DNA from: Myxococcales bacterium
Lineage (GTDB): Bacteria > Myxococcota > Kuafuiibacteriia > Kuafuiibacteriales > Kuafuiibacteriaceae
Direction: 5' to 3'
Length of the DNA: 64,000 nucleotides
Assembly: GCA_019634385.1 (NCBI GenBank)
Contig: JAHQVK010000050.1
Location: forward strand, 20,072-84,071
The stretch's first letter is position 1. Every line of letters begins with the position of its first letter. A program made the translations under genes and the position numbers. The notes beneath the pieces were generated by a model. The model searched no databases. It saw nothing but the letters and a program-made list of their open reading frames with translations, and was not told where the DNA came from. Shown one piece after another: positions 10,032-20,714 of the stretch.

Positions 10032-10514
10032 TTATCTATCGTAAATATTCGGATCGGTACCAAATATAACTTCTTCACCATCTGAGTAACCATCTCCATC
10101 AGTATCATAGCGTCGGGGATGCGTAAAATAGTCAAACACCTCTTCGATGTCATATAGACCATCCCCATCTCCATCCAAAGCCAGAGGATCACTTCCAAAT
10201 TGAATGACTTCTTCACGGTCCGTCAACCCATCCCCATCAGTATCAATCTGGAGAGGATCCGTGCGATAGTCATGTAACTCCTCTCCATCAAACAAACCGT
10301 CAGCATCGGTATCTGAATCCAGAGGATCAGTGCCGATATCCAGCACTTCTTGACCGTCTGTTAAACCATCCCCATCGGTGTCAGGATCGGAGGGATCTGT
10401 TCCCCGTTGCCGTTCTACGTAGTCTGAGATTCCATCACTATCCAGATCATTAAATACACAAGCGGGTAGTGTCAGAAGAACCGTGATACCTAAAACTACT
10501 GGCTGCTGCATCAT
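10032..10514 (-). CDS. Secreted calcium-binding protein with thrombospondin type-3-like repeats
   Basis: Signal peptide and lipobox-like LTLPAC. At least 8 tandem DxDxDGxxDxxE repeats. Start set at the internal MM of the 176-aa ORF. Confidence 0.6.
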   Translation of the reverse strand: MMQQPVVLGITVLLTLPACVFNDLDSDGISDYVERQRGTDPSDPDTDGDGLTDGQEVLDIGTDPLDSDTDADGLFDGEELHDYRTDPLQIDTDGDGLTDREEVIQFGSDPLALDGDGDGLYDIEEVFDYFTHPRRYDTDGDGYSDGEEVIFGTDPNIYDR

Positions 10515-10590
10515 TGGAACACCTCGCCAGCTACGACGAGATACAACACCACGCTTATTCAATCTCTCTGAGGAAGAAGGGAGAAGGACG

Positions 10591-11598
10591 TTAAAAGCTC
10601 ACACCACACGATATTCCGACCAATCCAGGCCCCTGGCCACAACGGGCAAAGGTGGAATGACCTAGCTCTACTTTAGCCACGGATGGTTTTGAACTTGATT
10701 CAATGAGAGCTAAGATAATGGCGGCACTAGCGGCCACGCCGCTAGCCACAAAACCTATGCCAATCGCCATTTCTGAGGTACGAATGGAGTCTCGAATTTC
10801 GGGACAATTCTCCTCTCGTGTCCCAGGCCCCACCCCACACCGTGCATCGTCATTGTAACGTGCGGCCTGGTCGTTGCGAACAACTAGAAACGCAGTACCC
10901 ACTCCCGCACCAACAGCGGCTATAGCCGCACTTGTCCAAAAATAGGGCATCAACGAGGTGCGTTTGGCGGTAATAGACTCCAATTGTGGATCCAACGACA
11001 CCGAGCTGGGAGACGTCTTCACCGTAGAAGTTGGTGGTTCTACATCTTGTCGACTCACCGCATCCCGCGGTCTAGTCCTACGTACAAAGCGCAGACTCTC
11101 TAAAGCTTGAGCTTTAGAGGGAACCTCGATTTGTCGAACAATAGGCCAATATCCGTCGGCCTCAGCCCGAATAACCACGGTGCCAGCCACGACCCAAATC
11201 GGTTCGCTTAGAGGAGTTCGACCAACGGGCTTGCCGTTGATCACCAACTTTGCGCCCTCCACTGAGCTCACTACTTCCAACTGACCCAACCGAGAACGGA
11301 TGGTGTTCATACCACTCAGCAGGGCACCTCGGTATCTCGTAATCCAAGGATTTTTTGTGGCTGACAGAGCCTTGTCGAGGTGCTTCCTGGCTTGTAGCCA
11401 TCTCCCCAAAGCTTGTTCGGCAAGGGCAATTTGAGCGAGCGCACGTGGACTTCCAGAAAGAGCGTACGCATCTCGAAACTTGTTAAGGGCATCGGTGTCT
11501 CGACCTTGCTCACGGAGCGCGATGCCCTCCACCAGCAACTGCTGCACATCCTGGCCCAACGCAGAGGTAACAAGAGCTAGAGCAAATAAAAGCTTCAT
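10591..11598 (-). CDS. TPR + PEGA domain membrane-anchored protein
   Basis: Signal peptide and TPR helices, then a PEGA-like block ([16 protein letters not shown]...[18 protein letters not shown]), then a C-terminal transmembrane segment. The 4-nt overlap with the upstream kinase gene suggests an operon. Confidence 0.65.
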   Translation of the reverse strand: MKLLFALALVTSALGQDVQQLLVEGIALREQGRDTDALNKFRDAYALSGSPRALAQIALAEQALGRWLQARKHLDKALSATKNPWITRYRGALLSGMNTIRSRLGQLEVVSSVEGAKLVINGKPVGRTPLSEPIWVVAGTVVIRAEADGYWPIVRQIEVPSKAQALESLRFVRRTRPRDAVSRQDVEPPTSTVKTSPSSVSLDPQLESITAKRTSLMPYFWTSAAIAAVGAGVGTAFLVVRNDQAARYNDDARCGVGPGTREENCPEIRDSIRTSEMAIGIGFVASGVAASAAIILALIESSSKPSVAKVELGHSTFARCGQGPGLVGISCGVSF

Positions 11599-13289
11599 TT
11601 TAAAATAAGAGCATTATTTGTGCCCTTTTTAGGCACAGGTTTTGGACGGGTTTGCAATCCATCGCTACGGACTTCCTTTTTGGATAGCTTTTTTTTGCGT
11701 TGCAACTCTCGTCGTTTTTTCCGAACGTCCGTCTGCACTTGGTTAGATGACTGTGGCACACCAGTATCGGAACTGGCTCGATCTTTTGGGGGAGGAATCG
11801 GCGCAAGGTAAAACTTAGATACATCTGGAGCCTTGTCTTCGAACTCAATGCTCTGGGGCACAAATCCCGGAGCAGAGACCTCCAGTCGATGAGATCTTCC
11901 GTCTTTTGGTAACTCGATCTCAAGTTTTCCCACACCAGCTAGCTCCCCATCTAAACGTAACTGAGCCGACCCCGGCTCTACCATTATTGCCACTCTAAAA
12001 CTGCCCAACGGTGAGGGCGATGTACGAGCACCCAGTGGTGAATCAACAGTGTCGGTTGATTCTTCTCCCGAGGCCGTAGCGGCAACCACCGCCACATTCT
12101 CATTCTCTGGTTTCTCCGCAGAAGATGGTCTCAGACCGTAATTTAGCGCTACCCAGGTGATAACCACCATCAGCAGTGCCAGCATAGCTGAACCGCCCAA
12201 CCACAGACGACGACGTCCCTGACCAACAGTCCTATCTGGCGTCAGTGTTAGACTCTGAGAACGAAATGAGAGCGCAAGTTCTCTCGCCTGAGAAACATCA
12301 GAAGATTCCGAAGTCAAACGGGCTTCCGCCACATGAACACCGAACAGAGGAGACCAAACATTGCTGAGCCGCGCATCCGCGAATTGCAACAATGCCCGCC
12401 CTAAATCCATGACCGTCGGGTATCGCGCTTCTGGATCCGTAGCCATCGCAGTCAAAATAACCGTCTCTAACTCGGCGGGAATATCGCTGCAGATTTCGGA
12501 GGGTGGCGTGAAATCTCCACGAACGATTCGGTGGAGTACTTGGTACATTGAGTTCGCGGTAAATGGCCGGTGGCCCGTTATGCAAAGGTAAGCAATAACC
12601 CCCAAAGAGTACTGATCACTTCGTGCGTCGACCTTCACTCCGCCGTGCGCTTGTTCCGGAGACATGTAGCTCGGCGTACCCAACACCGTGCCCGTGAGGG
12701 TGATACCTTCAATATCTTTCTCATCAATGATTTTGGAGATGCCAAAATCCAATAATTTAGGCGACACTTCCCCTAGGCTGCTCTGAGCCAGGAAAATATT
12801 TGATGGCTTCAGGTCCCGATGAATCACGTTGCGCTCATGAGCAGCATGAAGAGCGGAACTAATGGGAACCAGAACATCCGCGATAACTGATGGCGTCAAC
12901 CTTCCATGTTTACGAAGCAGACCGCTCAGACTGATACCCTCGAGAAACTCCATCACCATATAGGTAATATCTCCCTCAGAGCCAACATCGTAGACATCGA
13001 CAACATTAGGATGACGGAGCCGGGAGGCTGATTCACCTTCGCGAAGAAACCTCATCCTCACTTCCGGTTCGTCTGCCACCCAAGGGCTTAAGACCTTTAT
13101 CGCTACTTTCTTCTTCAGTTCGACGTGTATGGCTTCATAGACGGTACCTACCCCTCCGGCGCCGACTTTCCGACCGATGAGATAACGGCCGAAACGCGTG
13201 CCAGGAACCAGAGCCTCTTCCCCGTGCCACTCTTCTGAAGCCGTTACCATCGCACGCTCATATATCTCGCTCTTCGAACGGGAAGCCAA
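11595..13289 (-). CDS. Ser/Thr protein kinase with transmembrane segment and C-terminal PEGA domain
   Basis: Hanks kinase motifs: GAGGVGTVYEA...AIKVL, HRDLKPSNIFL, DFG, SPE. A transmembrane helix. PEGA-like FRVAIMVEPGSAQLRLDGELAG...LEVSAPGFVPQSIEF. Confidence 0.85.
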   Translation of the reverse strand: MASRSKSEIYERAMVTASEEWHGEEALVPGTRFGRYLIGRKVGAGGVGTVYEAIHVELKKKVAIKVLSPWVADEPEVRMRFLREGESASRLRHPNVVDVYDVGSEGDITYMVMEFLEGISLSGLLRKHGRLTPSVIADVLVPISSALHAAHERNVIHRDLKPSNIFLAQSSLGEVSPKLLDFGISKIIDEKDIEGITLTGTVLGTPSYMSPEQAHGGVKVDARSDQYSLGVIAYLCITGHRPFTANSMYQVLHRIVRGDFTPPSEICSDIPAELETVILTAMATDPEARYPTVMDLGRALLQFADARLSNVWSPLFGVHVAEARLTSESSDVSQARELALSFRSQSLTLTPDRTVGQGRRRLWLGGSAMLALLMVVITWVALNYGLRPSSAEKPENENVAVVAATASGEESTDTVDSPLGARTSPSPLGSFRVAIMVEPGSAQLRLDGELAGVGKLEIELPKDGRSHRLEVSAPGFVPQSIEFEDKAPDVSKFYLAPIPPPKDRASSDTGVPQSSNQVQTDVRKKRRELQRKKKLSKKEVRSDGLQTRPKPVPKKGTNNALILK

Positions 13290-14360
13290 GTTGTATCCTC
13301 AAAATAAAGGATAAACCTCACACAACATGTGTCTGAATATGATGGTTTCAGGCATAGCTAAGATGTCACCTCGGTCAGCTAAACACATGCGCTCGCTTAC
13401 AACCACATAAATCGAAAGCTGTTCCATACGGAGATGTAATGCTACGCCAATATGATTCATCTACCCCTGCCGTGTCCACCGTCGAACAACAGTATCTAGT
13501 TCAATTCCGCCTATCTACCAGACTGCAAGCGCAGACAATTGCCGACGACATTGGTCGTTCGCGCCCACATGTGCCTTCATAACCACTTTCGCACAAGTAA
13601 TGCACATCATACGTCGCAATAATAGGCAGGGAAGATAATATCTGCGCTCTCGCCACTCTTATTCTCACGTCCCAGACGTCAGTCGGAATGAGTCAATACC
13701 ATCACATTATTATCATACAGCGGTGCAGATATGAAACCCGCAAAGGATTGCCCCATGTGATCCTTTTCTGATCCACCTCGTGTTTCTCGCCGTTCTCATG
13801 ACTATCATTTGAAGGCATCAATCGGGCTTGCCTCAAGTCCACGGCCGATAGGGTTCAAGTGGCCTCGAACCCAGTCCTCCTGACCCAAAACCGACTCTAC
13901 AATGATAAGCCAGCGAAGCATGTCTCTCAGTCGTCTCTTCTCTTCTGCTCGATCCTGTTCTACCCGAATATCCAGACTCGCTGCGGTCGTTTCTAGAATC
14001 CAAACTCGACTCGAAAATTTCTATCGCTTTTGTGGACTCCGCATAGATGCTTGCCTTGCAAACATGACCTGCATCTCGCTGAAGCACCCTCACTGCAGAT
14101 ATTAACCACGGGTCAGATACTGATGATACTGCACCCAGTCCAAGTCATCTCCAATTGGATTATGCTACCTCAGCAATCTGGTGACGCACTTTTTGGGATA
14201 AACGGTCGACGTCGCCTGCTACCTCAGATACGGGTGAGTTAAGGATCCTGGGTGCTTCTCTATGCTTTCATTGTCCATGAAGCGAGTTCGTGTCTTTATA
14301 GACATAATGCATAGTCAACCTGAGGGCGTATAAACCCATCTCTGAGGGAGATGACATAAG

Positions 14361-16325
14361 ATGAAGTGCCCTTCCTGCGGTCTCGAAGTAGCCTCTAAAG
14401 CTTGGGTCTGTGAGATATGTTTCTCCGTGTTGGATCCAGGGCTCTTGCGCTCTGGCAATCAAGAAGGGACACTGGACGAAGACCCATCGCAGACGGCCGA
14501 GGGCCCCCCCCACATATCAGCCGATGAAATCGATGAAATCGGATCAGAGGATTTCAATGAAATCAGAACATGCCCTATTCCTATTGATTTCATAGCTCCT
14601 AAGACCGTGGAAATTTCGTTCCAGCTCCCAGCAAAACACCAACCGGCTACGTTCGAACCTCAGCATCAACCGGGAGTTAATGAAGGTATCTTTCTCCCTT
14701 TCGAGGATCGCCCTGACCAGCAGACTAGAGATATCCCGCTGAACTACCCAGAGTTGCAAGATCTCGTACAGCTAGCCATGGAAGAGGTGGATCGTTTTGG
14801 GCAATGCGGCGACGGAGATCCGGTGCATAATGGCCATCTTGATCCGCCACCCAATCACGCTGCGATGAGGATTGCGCCATACTCCGACGAACTCGGTGGG
14901 CTCGATATTACGCTATCTGAGCCTTTGAACGATATGTTCGACAATGATACTGTTGATGGTTTGATCTCGTCTTTCGAGCCCCATGAGACCGTAGAAGGCG
15001 TAGAAATGAAGGGGTCTAGCTATCAGACCGGTAACTATGCACCACTCGCTAGCCAACCGGATAGCGAGAATACTCCTCAGCACGGATCTTGGGAATCAGC
15101 CGACAACCTGGTCATTAACATACCACCAGCCGATACAGCCCACGAAAGCCCAAGCCCGGCGATGATCAACGACCATCCTCCCCTCCCGCCGTCCGCCACA
15201 TCTTCCTTCGAGACCACCGGTAATAATTCTTCCTTCGAAGCCATTGGTAACAACGATTCAATACCTGAAGAGTATAGCGATCGCCTCTTGCTAGAAGCCT
15301 ATCCCACCCGCAACGGGGCACATGCCGTAAGTTCTGATTATGACGGGGATCTCGCGGACTACGAGAGAAATATTGTAGCCTACGAGAAGGATATCACGGA
15401 CCACATAGACTTACGCAACACCACCAATCCATCCTTTACATCAAACGAGCCCCACGAGCTCGACACTAAAGCTCTAGACGTCGACCCAATCGACGTTCTC
15501 TCAACCAGCCCTGACGCGATATTGCTTTCCGAAGAAGAGAACACGCTCGGTGCCACCACTCCCACAGTAGGCACCAGAAACACAACCACACCTTCGCCCA
15601 AAAACCTACCGTCCGCTGTGGAGGCCAGCGACGGTATCCAAAGTGAAGCTAACCTTCGCAAACACAGTCACATAAAGCTTATTCAAAAGAAACGACCTGA
15701 AGGGCGAAACAGCGAGGACGATTTATCCCACTCGGACCTAGGTCGTTCCCACATATCCGGGGGAACTTCCAACTACGAATCAGTAATCACCGAACCATCA
15801 GTGCCTTCAGTCAGTATAGAATTGGCCAAAGCGGCTCAATTTTACCGGAAGGCACAAAAAGACCAGCGTGAAGGGCGAACCAGTTCCGCACTTGCCAATA
15901 TACGTTTAGCGCTTACTTTTAATCCTAAAAACACACAATATGCCGAGGCACTTCAGTCGATGAGCCAAAACCCACCACTATCCGCCTCGAAGACCAGTGT
16001 GAGTACCGCGCGGGAACTCTACCAAAAGGCCACCACTGCCCAAGACCAGGGTGAGTACGACGCAGCGACCGAGCTTCTCGAGCAAGCTCTCACTCTGTAC
16101 CGACAACCGGCGCTTCTCAATCGGCTGGCGGTCATCTTTGCAACTCATCATCATGACTTCAACCGTGCTCAAAGCCTTCTCGAAGAAGCTATTTCTCGGG
16201 CACCAGGCAAGGATGTGTATGTCAGAAACCTTGATAAGGTGTTGTCGATGGCTGCTTCTGCCAACGGACAAGAAGTATCCCAGCCAAAGGTAAATCTGTG
16301 GTCACTGCTAGGTATCCAGCGATAA
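14361..16325 (+). CDS. Zinc-ribbon / acidic low-complexity / C-terminal TPR protein
   Basis: N-terminal CPSCG...CEIC zinc ribbon. Long D/E/S/T/P-rich disordered region. TPR-like C-terminus. 654 aa. Confidence 0.6.
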   Translation: MKCPSCGLEVASKAWVCEICFSVLDPGLLRSGNQEGTLDEDPSQTAEGPPHISADEIDEIGSEDFNEIRTCPIPIDFIAPKTVEISFQLPAKHQPATFEPQHQPGVNEGIFLPFEDRPDQQTRDIPLNYPELQDLVQLAMEEVDRFGQCGDGDPVHNGHLDPPPNHAAMRIAPYSDELGGLDITLSEPLNDMFDNDTVDGLISSFEPHETVEGVEMKGSSYQTGNYAPLASQPDSENTPQHGSWESADNLVINIPPADTAHESPSPAMINDHPPLPPSATSSFETTGNNSSFEAIGNNDSIPEEYSDRLLLEAYPTRNGAHAVSSDYDGDLADYERNIVAYEKDITDHIDLRNTTNPSFTSNEPHELDTKALDVDPIDVLSTSPDAILLSEEENTLGATTPTVGTRNTTTPSPKNLPSAVEASDGIQSEANLRKHSHIKLIQKKRPEGRNSEDDLSHSDLGRSHISGGTSNYESVITEPSVPSVSIELAKAAQFYRKAQKDQREGRTSSALANIRLALTFNPKNTQYAEALQSMSQNPPLSASKTSVSTARELYQKATTAQDQGEYDAATELLEQALTLYRQPALLNRLAVIFATHHHDFNRAQSLLEEAISRAPGKDVYVRNLDKVLSMAASANGQEVSQPKVNLWSLLGIQR

Positions 16326-16811
16326 TCACTCTGCGATTGTGCTCATTCCTGCCATTTGGATCACAATTTCCCACTCTCGAGCAGTGACCGGCTGAACCGA
16401 TAACCGAGCTCCTTTCTGCACCACCATCATGGAAGAAAGGGCTTGTTCTTGTTTGAGCTCCTCCAATGACACCACTCTAGGCAATAACTTGGCTGCTCGT
16501 ACATCCACAACGTACCATCGAGGCGCCTCTGGGTTGGATTTGGGATCGAAATACTTTGCCTTGGGATCAAACTGCGTAGGATCTGGGTAGCCTGCTCGAG
16601 TCACTTCAACCGTTCCAACGATATGTGGTGGTGTCGTGCGGGAGTGATAAAAAAAGCCTAAATCACCTTCCTGAATCTCATCCCGGAGCAAATTGCGAGC
16701 TTGATAGTTACGAACGCCGTCCCAGTGCGTGGTTTGATCGGGGCAACTACGCAAATGGTCCCAACCAAAAACGTCCGGTTCGCTTTTAAATAGCCAATAA
16801 CGACGAGCCAT
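16326..16811 (-). CDS. EVE (PUA-like) domain protein
   Basis: YWLFKSEP...WDGVRNYQARNLLRDEIQEGDLGFFYHS matches the EVE/DUF55 signature. Confidence 0.8.
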   Translation of the reverse strand: MARRYWLFKSEPDVFGWDHLRSCPDQTTHWDGVRNYQARNLLRDEIQEGDLGFFYHSRTTPPHIVGTVEVTRAGYPDPTQFDPKAKYFDPKSNPEAPRWYVVDVRAAKLLPRVVSLEELKQEQALSSMMVVQKGARLSVQPVTAREWEIVIQMAGMSTIAE

Positions 16812-16842
16812 AGTCCCGCCCTAACCTGGCGGTATCCAGAGC

Positions 16843-17421
16843 TCAACCATTGTGAAGCCGAGGTTCCTTTGGCATCTCCCGCATGACTTCCGCTTCGTAG
16901 AGAGCCACCTCTTCCATACGAGCCTCCATCTTCGTACGCCCGAACAGTAATCGCGCAAGGTCGAGATATAAGCTATGATGACGAGCCTCGGAGACAAGAA
17001 GATCACGGTAAAGCTCTCGCAATCGTACGTCATCTAACACATCCCCTAAAAGCCCCATTCGCTCGCAGCTACGCGCTTCTATGAACGCACACACCATCAA
17101 CGTGTCCAACAAGCGCTCTGGTTCGGCCAATCGTACGCATTTCATCAATTTTCCCGGATATGGGGAAGGCTTCAGTCGCTGGTAGCTTATAGAGCGCTCC
17201 GCCAAGTGCTCCAGCATAAGCTCGAAGTGGGTCAGTTCCTCTCGTGCAAGCTCCGAGAGAGGCTTAGCCAACTGTGGGTACTCGGGATACCTAAAGATAA
17301 GGTTTAAAGCCGTAGACGCCGCTTTCTTTTCCAAATGGCAGTGATCTAGTAGGATCACATCCATGGATTGTACCGCTCGTTCCGGCCAATCCAACGGAGT
17401 ATGCAGGGCGAGATGCAGCAT
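16843..17421 (-). CDS. miaE: tRNA-(ms2io6A37)-hydroxylase MiaE (ferritin-like di-iron)
   Basis: LLDHCHLEKKAASTALNLIFRYP...LAREELTHFE...AFIEARSCERM is collinear with Salmonella MiaE (LMDHAHCEKKAASTALSLIFRYP...LAREELVHFE...ALIEARSCERF). Confidence 0.8.
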   Translation of the reverse strand: MLHLALHTPLDWPERAVQSMDVILLDHCHLEKKAASTALNLIFRYPEYPQLAKPLSELAREELTHFELMLEHLAERSISYQRLKPSPYPGKLMKCVRLAEPERLLDTLMVCAFIEARSCERMGLLGDVLDDVRLRELYRDLLVSEARHHSLYLDLARLLFGRTKMEARMEEVALYEAEVMREMPKEPRLHNG

Positions 17422-17425
17422 CAGA

Positions 17426-17764
17426 TTAGGCAGTCTTCAGCGCACGGTCACACTTCGCCGCTAAAACAAAGTCAGCTTGCGCAAGCCCATCTATTTTGTG
17501 AGTGAAAATTTCAATCCGAACCTTTCCCCACGTAAAATATATGTCCGGATGATGCCCAAGCTCCTCCGCTAAAACTCCCACTCGATTAACGAAAGCCAAT
17601 GCCTGAGCAAAATCAGGGAAAGTATAATTCTTCATAAGATGGTGCTCATCCACAACCTGCCAGTCATGGGCAAGTTGGGTCAAATAACTCTCCAGCGCCG
17701 GCCCCTTTAGAGCTGGCTCACCCCCTCCACACGGAGTGCATGGCTGATCTGCAAGTTCTGACAT
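17426..17764 (-). CDS. phhB: Pterin-4a-carbinolamine dehydratase
   Basis: About 112 aa with EHHPDI-type motif (ELGHHPDIYFTWGKVRIEIFTHKI). Start set at the internal MSEL. Confidence 0.75.
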   Translation of the reverse strand: MSELADQPCTPCGGGEPALKGPALESYLTQLAHDWQVVDEHHLMKNYTFPDFAQALAFVNRVGVLAEELGHHPDIYFTWGKVRIEIFTHKIDGLAQADFVLAAKCDRALKTA

Positions 17765-17801
17765 GTCTTTAAGGTGCATGTTTATAACGCCCTCGCCAAG
17801 T

Positions 17802-19412
17802 TCAGTCTGAAAGCAGACGCTTAATACTCGTCTTCCGTGTGCCTTTTCTGCCCTTAGCCATGGCCTCCTTACCGGAAAGACCGAGCGTCTTGTTCTTTTT
17901 GCGAGCCCGCTTCATCGCAGTTGCTTGCTTACGGGTATCCATCGATGCCTTCGCCGCACCTTTCTCTAGGACTTTCCGTCCTCGGTCCTCGTTTTTGTGT
18001 GAGCGATAGCCCAAGAGCAACGGTACACCCTCAAATCCATAGCTTCGCCGCAGTTCATTCATGACAAACCGCCGATAGGAAAAATGAATCAACTCGGGGT
18101 TATTCACCGAGACCAAAAAACGAGGCGGCCGAATATCAACCTGAGTCATGTAGTATATGCGACCAGACCGGCCTTTCTTTGATGGAGGCGCATGGCGCTG
18201 AGTCAGTTCATCAACAAAGCGATTGAGTTGTCCGGTGGGCACTCGCCGGGCATACTCTCGATGAATACGCCGTACCATCGGCAGGAGCTTATCCACACCA
18301 CGACCGGTATGAGCGCTTGTAAATACCACCGGCGCATACGCGAGATGCGGCATCGCATCCCGAATGGCCTGAGTGTGCGCCCGGGTAGTGAGACCATCAA
18401 ACGCTTTATCCCACTTGGAAACCACCAAGATCACTGCTTTGCCCTTCTCGTATGCAAAGGCAGACACCCGTGCGTCCTGACGGGCCAGATCTTCTGACGT
18501 ATCTAGCAACAGCAAAGCTACATCAGATCGCTCAAGACCCTTAAGTGCCGCAAACACACTAAACTTTTCGACCCGGTGAATGATCGAGCGTTTGCGCCGA
18601 ATCCCTGCGGTATCAATAAATAAATACGATTGACCGGAGGCTTCCACCACAGAGTCAACCGAGTCGACCGTTGTACCTGCCACCTCAGACACCAAATGAC
18701 GATCTTCCCCTAACAACCGATTCACTAATGAGCTTTTGCCCGCATTAGGTCGTCCGATTACCGCCACCCGAATAGGCTTTTGAGCTTCGAGCCTCTCCGC
18801 ATGGATTGGATCACCTGGGATTGCATCAAGAGGAGCCATCGGAAACGACTCCGGATGGCCTTCATCTCCGCGAAGGGCAATAGGCGGCAACCTATCTACC
18901 ACCAGCTCCGCCAACTCACCGACATTTCGACCATGAGCCGCACTGATAGGAATGACTTCAGGCAGTCCCAACCGGTGGAATTCATGAGCAAGATTTTCGT
19001 GACTTGGGCCATCGATCTTGTTCACAGCCAGCACGATCGGTTTCCCGCTTCGACGCAGCAAAGTAGCAACATCAAAGTCCTCTGGCATCACCCCGGCCTG
19101 GCCATCAGTGAGAAAAATGATCGCATCCGCCTCATCCACCGCCAGCTCCGACTGTTCGAGAACCCGACGCATAATTGGATCTACGCTCTCTGGATCGAAA
19201 CCACCGGTATCGACCAAGATTACTGCACGATCATACACTTGCCCAGCCAGTTCCGCGTCGGCATAGATTCGATCTCGAGTTACACCCGGTTGGTCAGCCA
19301 CAATAGAGCGAGATCTCCGGGCCAAACGATTGAATAGTTGAGATTTCCCTACATTCGGACGACCAACGATCGCTACTATCGGACGCACAGCCTCCGGGTT
19401 GTATTCGCTCAT
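17802..19412 (-). CDS. der: Ribosome-biogenesis GTPase Der (EngA), double GTPase domain
   Basis: Two G domains (GRPNVGKSQLFNRL and GRPNAGKSSLVNRL, each with DTGG/DTAG) plus a KH-like C-terminus. Basic C-terminal tail. Confidence 0.9.
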   Translation of the reverse strand: MSEYNPEAVRPIVAIVGRPNVGKSQLFNRLARRSRSIVADQPGVTRDRIYADAELAGQVYDRAVILVDTGGFDPESVDPIMRRVLEQSELAVDEADAIIFLTDGQAGVMPEDFDVATLLRRSGKPIVLAVNKIDGPSHENLAHEFHRLGLPEVIPISAAHGRNVGELAELVVDRLPPIALRGDEGHPESFPMAPLDAIPGDPIHAERLEAQKPIRVAVIGRPNAGKSSLVNRLLGEDRHLVSEVAGTTVDSVDSVVEASGQSYLFIDTAGIRRKRSIIHRVEKFSVFAALKGLERSDVALLLLDTSEDLARQDARVSAFAYEKGKAVILVVSKWDKAFDGLTTRAHTQAIRDAMPHLAYAPVVFTSAHTGRGVDKLLPMVRRIHREYARRVPTGQLNRFVDELTQRHAPPSKKGRSGRIYYMTQVDIRPPRFLVSVNNPELIHFSYRRFVMNELRRSYGFEGVPLLLGYRSHKNEDRGRKVLEKGAAKASMDTRKQATAMKRARKKNKTLGLSGKEAMAKGRKGTRKTSIKRLLSD

Positions 19413-19415
19413 GAG

Positions 19416-20714
19416 CTAATGGTCCTCATCTTCCTCTCCCGTCATAACTACCCCAGTATCTGATCTCATAAGCAATGGATCTACTTCCGACAAGGCAGAT
19501 AGATTCTCGATCAATTCAAGTTCATCAGGAGATAGTTCAACATGGGCTCCATCATCTGCGTAGTCATCGCGTTTGGTATACCCCAGCCGTTGAAGATGCT
19601 GAGGGTTGCGACTCCATTCTTCCGTCACTTTTACCGATAACTCCATGTATACCTTGGAGCCCAAAAGAAACTCGATATCTTTCCTCGCTCTGGTCCCAAT
19701 AGTTCTAAGACGCGACCCCTGCTTACCGATCACAATACCTTTTTGTGACGATCGCTCCACATGAACCGTAGCCCTAAGCCTCACCAGCTTTGGGCGAATG
19801 TCGTCAAAGTGCTCAATAGTGACCGCAACGGAGTAAGGAATCTCTTCCTTTAGCTCAAGCATCGCTTTCTCGCGAATAAACTCCGCGACAATCTCCCTCT
19901 CACTTCGATCCGTCACTTCATCAGGCCCTAACAGGGGCTCCGATTCCGGCAACGCAAAGCCCAATTCTTTTACCAAGCGGTCAAGACCAGTCTTGTGCAG
20001 AGCCGACACCGGAACCAGGGCGGCCATCAGAGAACCTAGGTCCGATTGTAGATTGTTGATTTGCAAAAGCAGATTGGCTTTATCATCCACCCGATCAACT
20101 TTGTTCATCGCCACAACAACCGGTTTTTCATAGCGCTTTAGAACCGATAAAACCCTCTCATTACCAGGAGTTATTCGTCCATCACCCCGGGCCTCGACCA
20201 CAAATAGAATAACATCCGCATCCCGAAGCGCTCCTTCAGCTTGGGATACCATAAAGCGGTTCAGCGGCCCTTTAGCCAAATGATGCCCTGGCGTATCAAG
20301 CAAAAGAATTTGCGCTCCTTTGGGATTCAGTACCCCCAAGAGATTCTTTCGGGTAGTCTGGGGTTTGTGACTGGTTGGTGCCAATTTCTGACCAAGTAGA
20401 GCATTCAGTAAAGTTGATTTTCCAACGTTGGGTCGCCCCATGATCGCCACCCAACCAGCTCGGTGCAACCCACCGGAGTCTCCATCAAATATCTCCGGCT
20501 CGATCGGTCGTCGCGGTCGATGATAGTTGGATCGTCGCTGCTTTTGCTGTTCCGCCTCCGCAGCTCTAGCTGCTTCCGTTTGGGCCTTCTTAGCTGCTTT
20601 CCTCTTCGTTCGAGCCCGCTTTAGCCGAGCTCGGGCGGCCTCATCCCGAGTTGTTGTATGTTGACTTGCTGCACGGGAAGCTCTCCCCTTTCGCGTTCTC
20701 ATTCCGCGTTCCAC
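19416..20714 (-). CDS. era: GTPase Era with N-terminal basic extension
   Basis: GRPNVGKSTLLNALLGQKLA G1 motif, DTPG, NKVD, and a C-terminal KH domain. About 95-aa Arg/Lys/Ala-rich N-terminal extension. Overlaps the rnc stop. Confidence 0.88.
   Translation of the reverse strand: MERGMRTRKGRASRAASQHTTTRDEAARARLKRARTKRKAAKKAQTEAARAAEAEQQKQRRSNYHRPRRPIEPEIFDGDSGGLHRAGWVAIMGRPNVGKSTLLNALLGQKLAPTSHKPQTTRKNLLGVLNPKGAQILLLDTPGHHLAKGPLNRFMVSQAEGALRDADVILFVVEARGDGRITPGNERVLSVLKRYEKPVVVAMNKVDRVDDKANLLLQINNLQSDLGSLMAALVPVSALHKTGLDRLVKELGFALPESEPLLGPDEVTDRSEREIVAEFIREKAMLELKEEIPYSVAVTIEHFDDIRPKLVRLRATVHVERSSQKGIVIGKQGSRLRTIGTRARKDIEFLLGSKVYMELSVKVTEEWSRNPQHLQRLGYTKRDDYADDGAHVELSPDELELIENLSALSEVDPLLMRSDTGVVMTGEEDEDH

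Noticed and set aside
13851-13872. gggttc...gaaccc hairpin as an additional MITE copy
   Set aside because: It lacks the TACAGCA termini and the other two hairpins, and matches only a generic 6-bp palindrome.
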